A stretch of 64,000 nt of DNA, from NCBI GenBank assembly GCA_964304625.1, contig OZ199838.1, positions 10,125,741-10,189,740 on the forward strand. Direction: 5' to 3'. The DNA comes from Kudoa neothunni. Taxonomy: Eukaryota; Animalia; Cnidaria. Shown here piece by piece: positions 24,164 through 35,830 of the stretch (position 1 is its first letter; each line of letters begins with the position of its first letter). Under the pieces are notes generated by a model, which was not told the origin of the DNA, did no database searches, and was given only the letters and a program-made list of their open reading frames with translations. The translations under genes and the position numbers were made by a program.

Positions 24164-26806
24164 ATCGAGGATGTGAATGCTCTTTGTTTAAATACTCACA
24201 AATTGGAAAATGTTTTTGTGTATACAAATGGTAATGTGCACTCAAGTATGGTTTTATATATTATGCTAAAGAGCATTTTGGATCGTTGGCTTGGAGTTAT
24301 GATCTCAACAAACTTTTATTTATCGGAGAATCGGTCGACAGTGAAACCAATACAAATGTAATTAATATTTGAAGCAGCAACATTTATATAGCTTCACTTT
24401 TTAATTTAAAGAATAAATATAACTATGTGGAAACTTTTGGGAACGATCTTGAGTCAGTTAAAAATCCTAAAATATTCCAGTTTGATCTCAGTACTAAAAC
24501 ATGTGAGATACTGAATGTGGACTTAAATGACAAGCAATTTCCAAAAAGAGTATCCTAATTTAACGTTTCGTGGAATTGACTTTTCTTCTTAATAAAGATC
24601 TTCTCCAATAACCAATCAACTTTTGTGATAGTTATTTGTGTTAAGCACTTCAAATCCGGGATTTTGCATTGTGATAATGTTGATCAAGACCTTTATTTGC
24701 TTCAAAATCTGAGACTTGGTATTTTTGTGTATTTTTGTATATGATTTAACCTGCATTGATTTAGTTGAATTTTGGGATAAGAACTATTCCGTTTTGGATG
24801 TCACATTTGGAGTTGATAGTAAAAATCAACAAGAGTTTATGGTAGTGGCCTTATATAGCGTTTATATTTCTATTTTGTAGATTATACTCGCAAGAATTAA
24901 AGGAGGTCCTCATAGAATTTCGTCGAAACTATTTATAGTAATAAGTGACTTTCTTAATTCGTTTTTATGATGTTATTAGTACGACTTGAAACAACGTAAA
25001 ACTTTGGTTGAAGAGAAGGGTAAGCTTGTTGTTTTATAATAATTCATTGCTTCATTACAGTTATTCACACTTATGTGACCAATCTTCGCGATGGTGCCGT
25101 TGTTGAAGAGAAGGATGGAAAATTATCGGTCTCGTTATGCTTGGCTGTGGTTGATTCTCTCAAAAATAAAGTTGTTATTGAGAAATATGTTTGGAGCGTT
25201 GGTGAAAATGAATTCAGAAAAATCCGTGTCACTCGTAGCGCTAACTTGAATTTTTTCTCTAAGCTGAATTACATTTTATTTCTATTCACAGAACAAAATT
25301 ATCCATCGGCGACCATTCTTTGTTCGCTTACTTTTATAATCGAAAGAAAGGTTGAAAATGTTAGTGTTTTATCATTTTCGACTTTAAATGAAGCTCCGTA
25401 TTTGGTAAATAAGCCCTAATAATCTTAATAGCTGATTTGATGAGGTTTCTTAGATTTGCTATAACGGAAATGAATTTATTCCAATGGAAAATCGTATGAT
25501 TGGGGAGGTCCAAACTTAATAAATGGAGTTCACACTTATAGGTCTTCCTTTCTGTTGTCTTGGTCTCACCAATTATTATGTTGTGAATTTGAATAAAAAT
25601 TACGAGGAAACTAGCGATCTAACAGGTTCATTGTTGTTACACCACCTCGAAGTTTACCCGTTTTTGATTTTTGTTAGATCTATGGTTCAATTATAGTTTT
25701 GTTGAGAACAAAGCCGGTGCACCACTTCTTGCTATTCCTCACGGTGAATAATTTTTTTTCTTTGTTGCATTTAAATTGAAATTTAGGAGGTCCTCACAGC
25801 CAATCTCTTAATGTCTTCAATTATTTCCTATCCTGTTTTCAAATGTTCAACTTACTTTTTGGTATATTTAATTTACGCCAATAATATTGGGGAAAAGATT
25901 TTGAGCTGTATATTAGTTAACTATGTTGGTTCGACCGGTTTCGATCCTTCAATACTTACCTCTCTTATTGGGAAAATTGGAGACGTTGAGATTGAAAACA
26001 ATCTCGTAATTTTTAGTTAAAATTTAATCTAAGATATGATATAGTTTTCGATTAAAGACTCAAGAAAAAGGTTTTCGTCCTTGTTGAGCGACGAAAACTA
26101 CGTAGTTGGGGGATCATATGGAGGCTACATCGCATCGTATTTGTGCTCGTTAGAACCAGTATGTCGATGTTCTACATATTGTTATTTTTATTTTCATGAG
26201 AAATATTTGAAATTTACAATTTTTGTATCCAACAAATATATTTAGAATTTATTTAACAAATGTGTTTTGATTAACCCCCTTGTTGATTTTCAAAGTAACC
26301 AATTTTGAGTTAACCTTCTAAATCAATATTCTAGGCTCTATTCTTACGTCAGATATCCCAGAATAGTAAGAAAACATATAATGTCTCTTTTTTATTGTTT
26401 ATAGTATCTTTTGTTGCTTCAATTGCGATCCAAGCTTGCTTCTCTCTCAAATCGATGACGAAACATTGAGAAAGCTTCGAAAAGCCTCTTCTATCACCTA
26501 TGCTCACAATGTATAGATTAGTAGAGAGTTTTTTTACAATTAAGATTGTTTAGGTGATAACTCCTACTTTAATGTTGCTTGGAAGTAATGACAGGAGAGT
26601 ATCGAATACTCAAGGAATTGCATACACTAAAGTTCTTAAGGCTACTGGTTGTGATGTTGTGTATATCCATCTTAGAAAATCAAAATTATGCTAATTATAT
26701 TTTTTGTAGCGTAAAAATTTATCCGGAATCCTCGCATTCGATGAATGTGGTTGGAGAACTTGAAGATCTTACGAAAACAACAATCAAGTTCCTCACAGCA
26801 TCTTAA
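24164..26806 (+). CDS. APEH: Acylamino-acid-releasing enzyme (S9 peptidase); 5' exons not resolved
   Basis: About 19 GT-AG introns. The spliced product has FGSLAWS, GGPH, PHGGPH, VNYVGSTGF, GGSYGG (Ser), SDIPE, TPTLMLLGSNDRRV (Asp) and YPESSH (His). Confidence 0.88.
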
Positions 26807-27035
26807 ATATGCTTATTAAACATAATTTCAACATTCTGCTGATGATAGTCTATGATGTTTTGCTATTTATGATTTTCTGTCTTAATTGCAGTTTGGATAT
26901 ATCGCACATACCGTAGGATTCTGCACTGATGTCTAATCAAGGTACTGCTTTTGCGCTAGTGTATCTCTTTTCAGTAGTGAAAATCGTTTTCAAGGCCAAT
27001 GTATACCCTGCTAATATGCATTAAGTTATTTGTTG

Positions 27036-27086
27036 AGGTCAGATAGCTCAGTGGTGTGGTGGCTGGGTTCAATTCCCCTGCGGATC
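27036..27086 (+). repeat. Truncated tRNA-like repeat
   Basis: TAGCTCAGTGG A-box and GGTTCAATTCC B-box with the anticodon arm deleted. Confidence 0.35.
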
Positions 27087-27713
27087 AATCTACTGTTTCC
27101 ATACGAATGGTCCTTATCATCTAATGCAGTGTTTCGCAATCTAGGGTTTGCGTACTAATTTCAGGGAGTTCGTGAGGAGGCTTTTACCCTAAATAATTAG
27201 TTATTTCTAAATCCTGACTATAATAAGAATCGAAGCTAAAAGCATAATTATAGAACAATAATATAAATATACGCGATTAATATACTTTGGAACTCTTATT
27301 CATTTAGCGTAGATAGTCGGGAGTCCGTGAAAGTAAATCGATTGGAAAACACTACCCTAATTGGAGGTGTTATCAAGATAAGAATGCATTAAAATGTGTA
27401 GTCTCACATGTAGCTAAAGTTTAATCAAACAGAGTAATTTTAATTATAAGTTTGAAGAGCCGAGGACGTACTAATAGGCATGAAATCTCTTTAGAGTCAA
27501 ATTCCCTATGAATATAAGGTTTGGAGTAATGGTATCCCAACAAACGAGGATATTTAGTGAACTAAGCTCTCACACTACAACAAAAGAATAACGGCAAATC
27601 GCGATGTTATCATTCGTCCTGCGGTGCCTACAGTTTTAATGGGAGTGCTGTAAACGCCCATAATTCCACAATCTAATAGCTTGTGCCAGGAATTTGCTCT
27701 TGTACACGCAATA

Positions 27714-28035
27714 CTGCATTTCCTCGAAAATAAGATCAAGCGATATTTAAAGTTGGAATTTTAAATAGGACCTGGCATTGTTTCGGAATATCTTGGTGGT
27801 GATTATTCGACAGGACCTTGATTTATAGGCTATAATCTCAATAATAATGAATAATTATGGTTTCTATGAAGATAACAACAATTTTTTTTCTATAAAAACC
27901 CCTATCTACATTACTGTTTCATTAGTCACATGGAAGTATAATCCTTTTGATTTTATTTCAGAAATATAAGACCTAGTAACTATTTCTTGCGTAAAACTGA
28001 TAATAACACGGGGTCTTATTTTCGAGGATGCATCG
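27714..28035. mobile_element. Tc2/pogo-like MITE
   Basis: TIR core TCCTCGAAAATAAGA inverted at both ends, flanked by TA. Confidence 0.7.
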
Positions 28036-28658
28036 TAAATGCAATAAGGTATTGTTTTCTTCAGCGGTAAGGATCACAACGGGCTTTTAAATCTTAGGAA
28101 TGCATTAAGGTTACGTGATACCTTTAATTCTGGAGACCCAGAATATTCTTGAAGGGATGGTAATTTAAGTGATCACCTCGAGAAAACGACGCTCATTGAG
28201 CTCAACTATCACGCTACATCAAGATCAAAATTAGAAGGGACATAGCTTATATGCGAACATCCTGCGGTACATACAGTGTTTATGGACTTAACTAGACCAG
28301 CCAAAAAATAACGTGATGTTTCGTCAGAAATTTTATTTGTACTACCTTATTTATAGTTTACAAAATGTAGCTATAAACGGTGTAGATTCCACGACGCAAT
28401 GTAAGATATAAACTTTTCGTGTAAAAAAAGAAGTTAATACTTTAAAAACGGATTTTAAAAACATACAATGATTAAGATTGTGTATAATTGAGAAGCTTAA
28501 ATTTTTAATCAATTAAAATCTTAAGAATAGGAAAAACTAAGAAGTTTGTTCTAAATTTACTGATAGCTAATAAAATGGACTAAAAGTAGTTATCCAACGA
28601 ATAATCACAAATAATGCTAACAAATAACAATGACTACATTTCTACATAATTTCCAGTT

Positions 28659-31600
28659 TTAAAAATCCACTTTCGATGGACTTTGTCCATCAATAAACGC
28701 ACAGGAAACTTTAACTTTGTCCGATATCAATTTTTGCAGAGAAGGGTCCACATTACTATCACTTTGAGGTGTGTTTGTGACGTGTCGAACAAGAAAGTAT
28801 TTGATTCCATTAGCAAGCTCACTCAATTTATTGGAATGTGAAAAAATATCAAATATTAATCTATAAGTACGCGAGTGTAAAAATATATTACTATTTCAAA
28901 AAATTGTTATTACTTTAGTGAGCTGATAGGGAGCTGAAGAATATCGTTAAATAGATTTTTGAAAAAACTTAATTGACAAGGAGTAACATCTTGAAATGTA
29001 ACGATCTAAATGAATAAAAAAGTGTTAATTATTCCTACGCGCACAATGACATAAATAGTTGATAACTATACTTTGAGCACCTTCAGTGTGATAGCTTCTG
29101 TGAGAAGCAACTGAACCAACAAACACTTGAGATTATTGAGGAAGATGTTTGTGGAGCTCGGACCAATCGTTCTTATTTTATCCCACAATGCAAATTGAAA
29201 CGATGTCTTATAGATAAAAAAATCAAATTAAATGCCAAAATTAAACATTTAACATTACTTTGAATGTTCTATGATGATTACAGAATTCTTGAATGAGCTT
29301 TGGATAAAACATATTAAAAAATTTTTCCTACAAATAAAAAATAAACACCATAAAATAAATAGAAAAAATAGGTTTTCGGAATTTATCACTTGTAAACAAC
29401 AATATAATGTAACGTGAGCAATGTCAGATGTTTCTTTTCCACTAAGATTGAGTTTGATCAGTTTGACAAAGGCCTCATTCACACTTTGGGTTGTCATGAG
29501 TGTACAGAAGATATTTTGTTTTATTTGAGTGTTCATTCGATGTTGTTTTGCAAGCTGAACAAGTTGATGACCCCACTTAGTTTTTTGATTATCATTTTTT
29601 AGGTTGCTTTTGTGGAAAAATGTTGTAGCTTGAGAACCGGCCCCAAATGTAATGGAAGACTCTGAAAGCCACCATTTACCTACAAGCCAAGACATTACGT
29701 TATTTATCATGTTAAAGCAATAAAATTAATAGTTACCACTAGAATCAGCATCGAGAAGATGAGAATAGGTAAAATTTATTCCATCCAAATCGTTGTTCAC
29801 AGTATCTGGGTAAACTTCCAATTATAAACATCACTCTAACAGTAGATACTTTTTCGGGATTTAGTAATACCATTGGAAATATTCAAAAAGTTGTCCAACA
29901 TATCATTATTAAATTCATTAACACATTCTTTTTTGATTTTGTTACTGGCCAAGTTGTTAATAGTTTCCAACATAAAGGACACACGCGGTCTAAAAATTAG
30001 TATTTAAAACCCCTGTAGAGGGTTTAGAAATACGTCATTAGCCATTGTTCGTTTTCCTGAGCCCGTTCATTAAGTTTTGAAATCCAACCCTATTTCAAAA
30101 GACATTGGAACACTCACAATAACTCGTATATACTTTCAACAACGTAGAATTCACCTTTTTCAAATGCAGTCCGCTATCTAAATTCACGCTTAAAGATAGA
30201 AAACAAAAAAAGTTTAAGAAGGTAATGACTGTTAATGAAATGAACATTAAAGTATTTAATCCTAGCCAGTTATTGAGATTAATACTATGCTATTTAACTA
30301 TCAACAGTTGCTAAACGATAACAATTAAATGAAAGAAAAAATGGCATTTTTGTTACAGCAGGTAACCGATAACACGCACTTTCATCAGTACGACGTATTC
30401 AAAGTTTATATTGGGTGACACGGTTATAATAATTTTATGATTGTAAAAAAGTAAGTCTTTAAAATATTTTTGAAATGAATTAGGAAATAACGAATCTGTT
30501 ATATCACGCGGCTAACCGATAGTACACATTTTTTTCGGCCGAACCACGTAGATTTTATTTTTGTTTATTCGAAATGAGGGTAAAATTTAATGTTAATGTT
30601 AAATTTTTTTAGGAATATTGAGAATAATGGAAAATTATTTCAAAATATATCTAAACGCGCAATAATAGTCATCATTAGACATTTTACAGTATACGCTGGA
30701 TCCAAATTTAATAGTAAGGTGGATTTTTTTTTAATCTCAGGGTCAAAGTATAAAACCCTTTTTTATCATGACGCTAAAAATATAATATAATATAATAGAA
30801 ATAAAATAATATTAATAATTTCATAGAACTGATTATATATTAAATTTTATCCCAATGTAAAAGGATATAAATATTCGTTCAAAAAATATAACTAAAACAA
30901 AATTTACAAATTATTTTTCAGCCAAATAATCTTAACAATGTACTTTGAGTTATTCTTATCTTAAAATAAGTTGTATTACTCATACCGAACAATAAAGAAA
31001 ACAATAAAATAACTGCGCGCATATTTTAACAGCGTATTATCGGTTCCAACGTTTAGTACTAGGGTTTCTACGCATGCCACGTCAAGCGCAGGATATAGTG
31101 TGAAATGCATCACGTTCGTCCTTTTCGGAAATCATAAAAGCCAGGTTACTACAATTAGGCTGATAAACGACCACGCTATATATAGAAAACGGACTTTTTT
31201 ACGAAGAATAATGCAAATAAAATGCTTTCCTCAGCTTTTAATGCACTATAAACTTACTTAAATTCAATTTAAGAAAACTCTGGAATAATTATGCTAAATT
31301 TTGGGTTAGAGAGCATATCGATATAAGGTTTTTTTGTTTGAGCTCTGAAAACTACGATTTTCTCACGGCTGTCTTAATCAAACCGTGCTGTTGATGTAAT
31401 AAATATCACGTTCACATTCTCGTTATCACGCATAACGCTTTTTATGGCGCTCATGTCTTTTCCATCACGTTCAAGTTTTTTAGAAACTCTATTTAGTACA
31501 CATTTTTTGTACGGCACCGAGGGGATTACGTACTATCGGTTACCTACTGCATTTAATCAGCTCTTTAAAACTTCAAAAAATCAGAATCGCACCTGATATA

Positions 31601-33549
31601 TATATATATATATATATGGAGAAATGAATTATACATTTTTTTAATCAAGTTTAAGTAGCTATGAAAAAAATAATTATATTTAGATGGTAGATTATAATTA
31701 AGAATCTAGTTTTATGTATTGATAACATTGTAAAAACAACAAAAAAATCTGATATTATTCATTAAAAGTACGATTAGTGAGATATATTCTGTACTTTATA
31801 AGAATTAACAAAAAAATTAAAGCTATTAAATTTATTATTATTTAAAAAATTTTACAACGGAGACACAAAAGCACCATTTCAACATCTTGCTCCAAACATC
31901 TTTCTACCAGTTTGGTAATCACATCATCGACGAGTTGGACTTGTATCAGACCGAAACGGTAAAAAATGGTGAAAAGAAGAATGCAATTTTGAGCATATTT
32001 CAGATCATCTCCGTTGGCTTCGTTGAAATTCTCATCAAAAAGCTGGCATAATTTTTGTAACAGAGTGATCACCAGTTCTGGGCATATTTTAAGAGCTAAG
32101 GTTTGAACCACTATTGTCATAGAAAAAAGTATTGAATCCTGTGTGAGTTTTGGTTGAACACAAAAATCGATTATTCCCTCACTCAGTTTCAAGCAGCAGT
32201 CTACAACATTAAATGAGATTATGTCTCTACAAAAAATGTGAAAATAAGTTTACCGTTCTTGGGATTGGACTGAAAAATGTTTTCCAGCTGATTAATACAT
32301 TTAATATAATTGGAATCTGTAACGCGATTTAATATGGAAGTAAACTGCCTGGATAATTTATTTAAAGAAGCCTTTCTTTCTTCGGATTCCTCCATTTGTT
32401 CAAGGAGTTTCAGTGCACTCTCTCCATTGGGCCCTGTTCCCTCACCGTACAAATCTAAACAACAATGCTCATTCATATTTGCCTGCCGCTAAAAAAATAC
32501 CTGTAAATTTCGTGTCTTCAATATTTTCATTATCCTTTATACTAGTAGAAGAGATATCACTATCAGTGTAGTCATCTTGTTGGTCAACGATCCCCGAAAA
32601 ACTCTCATTGTCGAAGTTAGTTTCATCAGCAGATTCATCATTAGATTTATCACTGCAATCATTGTTATCATCTCTTGAAGATACAGACGTTATTTCATCG
32701 TCATTATCGTTGTATTTGGCATCCAATTCATCATCACTGTCCGCGATAATACCGTTTGAAATTTGGCGCAACTTTTGGAAAAATTCTTGTTCGGTCTCTT
32801 CCTCTTCTTCGACACTGGAAATATCATCACCATTGTATGAGTTATCATCTTTGTATTTGGTTCCATGAGGAAGATAATCCTAAAAAATACAAAAATTAAT
32901 CGAAAGGTTGTGTAGTCATGAAGTACATTGGAAAGAAAATCGATTGGACTTCCAGTGGAGGGGTCCTTCATGATCGAATTGCATAAATCAATAATATCTT
33001 CATCAAATGAAAATTAAATAAATAATCAGCGTAGACAACCTCCAACCCCTTCGGAGTAAAAGACAGAGGGCGTTGGTTTTGATTTGTTCAATCGGAGGTT
33101 CTTTTCTAACATTCTGATTTCTCGTTCGTCAGCCTGATTTTGTCTCATAAGTTTCTCCAAGGGAGTTATATTTTTAGTCGAGATATTTTTCTATAAAATA
33201 ATTAATTAGAATTAAGAACAATCTAAATGAATTTACTTTTTCTATAGGCTTTTTTATATTATTAACATTATCCCGTTTTTTATTTGTTTCGTTACTTTTT
33301 TTCTTAGCAAAAACTTTCTAAATAGTTTATTATAAGTTTTGAGTTGATATGAAATAAGAACATGCAAAAAGGCGATAACTTTGAAATAATTACATTTGGT
33401 TTTACCGCTTTTTTGGCCATTTTTCGAATGGTTTTTCGCTTTTCTTTATGGGATTTACCCTCTATTTTTTTTGCTACATTGAGAAATCAAAAATTTAATG
33501 CGGAAAGCTTTTATCTACATTTTTTGAGTCGCTTCAACATACCAGCCAT
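28659..33549 (-). CDS. NOM1: Nucleolar MIF4G/MA3 domain protein NOM1 (Sgd1), multi-exon
   Basis: Basic/acidic N-terminus (MAAKKIEGKSHKEKRK), MIF4G part (ILNRVTDSN, EQDVEMVLLCL), GKWW, LAKQHRMNTQIKQNIFCTLMT and C-terminal GIKYFL. One intron is expanded by a TIR element. Confidence 0.85.
30356..31549. mobile_element. Non-autonomous TIR element in NOM1 intron (CAGTAGGTAACC family)
   Basis: TIRs CAGCAGGTAACCGATAACACG / CAGTAGGTAACCGATAGTACG with TA on the left flank. Confidence 0.7.
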
Positions 33550-33714
33550 GTTGTTGATCGGTAATTGCCGAGACAGGCCGGAATCTTAAGTGTTGAGCTT
33601 GTTGGAATCAAGTTCGAAAAATGATTGTAAAATGCGTTAATTTAATTTTCTAAAATATTTAAAAATTCGAAGACAAAAAATATCCTTAATGTGGGGAAAC
33701 AAGAAACTGTTAAG
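33550..33714. promoter_or_regulatory. Putative bidirectional promoter NOM1/DNPEP
   Basis: Only 165 bp separate the divergent start codons. Confidence 0.6.
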
Positions 33715-35830
33715 ATGGCGGAGTTTATTCACAATAGCCCTTCTCCCTTTCATGGTATTTCCTGTTGTGTATTATATACGTAAAAAAATAATTTTAAGTC
33801 GTTGAAAACTGCAAGAAAATCCTAAAGGATCATGGTTTCAAAGAAGTTCTTTCTGGCAATGATTGGCCAATTGAGAAAAATAACTCAGTATCTTACCTAA
33901 TTTTCTTACAATCTCCACGAAATTTCAAATTATTCTTTTTCGATTCTAGTATTTCACAACTGTTAATTCTTCTTCTATCGTAGCGTTTTCTGTTGGTGGA
34001 TGTTATGAACCTGGTAATGGGATTACCATCGTAGGGACACATACCGATAGCCCTTGCTTAAAAGTAAACATATTTAATATATATATATATATATAATGTT
34101 ATTATAAATTTTATATAACTTATTATGTGTAATCCTTTTGATTGTGCATTAGCTGGTTTTCAGAATAAATATGATAGATATCGTAATGAAGGAATGTGTT
34201 TTAAAATATTAATTATAGGTTAAACCATGCGTAGAAATGCTAAAAAATAAACATCATATGCTTTCTGTCCAACCTTACGGAGGCGGTCTTTGGCACACTT
34301 GGATGGATCGTCCGTTGCTTGCAGCAGGCCGAGTCTTCGTTCAAAAGGACTTAAATACTATTGAAGAAAAACTTGTCAAATTCGATAAACCAATTGCTTG
34401 CATCCCAAATTTAGCAATCCACCTGGAGCATGATTATAGTCGAAAATTTGAGATTAACAAAGAAACTCAGTTGTATACAATGAAATGGAAGTTTCTTTAT
34501 ATATTTTTCGCTTAGCGTACCTCTTACAGCCACAGTTTGCGCTTCTTCTACTTGCAATAATGATGATGATGCAAAGGATTCCACCAATAATGATGGAGAT
34601 AAGAAAATTTTTGTTGACCAACTGGCTCAATTGGCCAACTGTACCCCCGACCAACTACTTAGTGTGGAATTGTGCCTTGCCGATGCTCAACCACCTGTAT
34701 TATTTAAAATTGAGTTGGTATAATTTTTAACTTAAACCTAGTGCATCTATGGTTTGTATGAAGAATTTTTGTCGGCACCTCGACTTGATAATCTTTTCAA
34801 TACATACACTGGCCTTATTGTATTTTGATTTGTAGAGGAAAATTTTTTTGCTAATTATTAAATCTACACTGGTCTCTATAGGGATTTATTGAGTCCCATT
34901 CGTGTACTCCATTGTCTAAAGATAGTTCCATAAGAATGATAGCATGCTTTGATAATGAAGAAGTCTGACTATTTTTGAAGATGCATTGTGTGGATTTGAT
35001 TTTTAGGTAGGATCCAATTCTTTTCAAGGTGCACAATCAAGTTTCTTATGGCATGCAATAAACAGAATATTGAAAAAACTAAATATCAATAAATCGGGTT
35101 ATTTTATGCTATGTTTGCTTTCTGTTTATTAATGAGGATTTCAGATGATATCTTTGAGAGAACTATGGCCAACTCTTTGTTAATCAGTGCCGATCAAGCT
35201 CACGCTTTTCATCCCAACTATCCGTACACTTTTTTTTCTCAATTTAAAGATTATTTTCCATCTTTAGAGAAAAATACGAGACATGCCATCAGCCCTTAAT
35301 GCACAAAGTTAGAAAAATCCAAGTCGTGTTCCATGAGACTTGATTTGTTTAATTTAGGGATGTGTGATAAAGCACAACGCTCAGATGAAATATGCTACTA
35401 GTGGTCTCACTGCTTCAATTATCAAAATCATTGCTGACATGGAAAACATTCCGATACAAGTATTTTTTAATCATATCTACAATTGTCACGTCATTAAATT
35501 AAATCAAGGAATTTGTTGTGAGAAACGATTCTACGTGTGGTTCTACAATTGGCCCCCTAATGTCATCCAAGCTTGGTGTACCCACTGTTGGTATGACGCG
35601 ATCTTAAATGTTTACAAATAATATAACTTTGCTATAGATATTGGGTTCCCTATGCTTGCTATGCATTCAATCCGAGAAACATGTGGCGTTGCCAGTGTAC
35701 AACAGGCAATTACCCTTTTTAATGTAATTTCAAAATGAAGTTATTTTATCAATTTTGAGGTTATTTACTCTAGAAACTATACACCCATGTTCCTCGGGTA
35801 ATCCAGAACTTAACTCAGTCACAACAATAA
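33715..35830 (+). CDS. DNPEP: Aspartyl aminopeptidase (M18), 14 exons
   Basis: 13 GT-AG introns. Motifs: [71 protein letters not shown] and [14 protein letters not shown]. Confidence 0.95.

Noticed and set aside
1786-35830. Alternative genetic code or non-canonical introns to explain the fragmented ORFs
   Set aside because: The fully reconstructed genes (AP3S, EAF, APEH, DNPEP) splice into stop-free frames with GT-AG introns and the standard code, and TAA and TGA act as normal stops.
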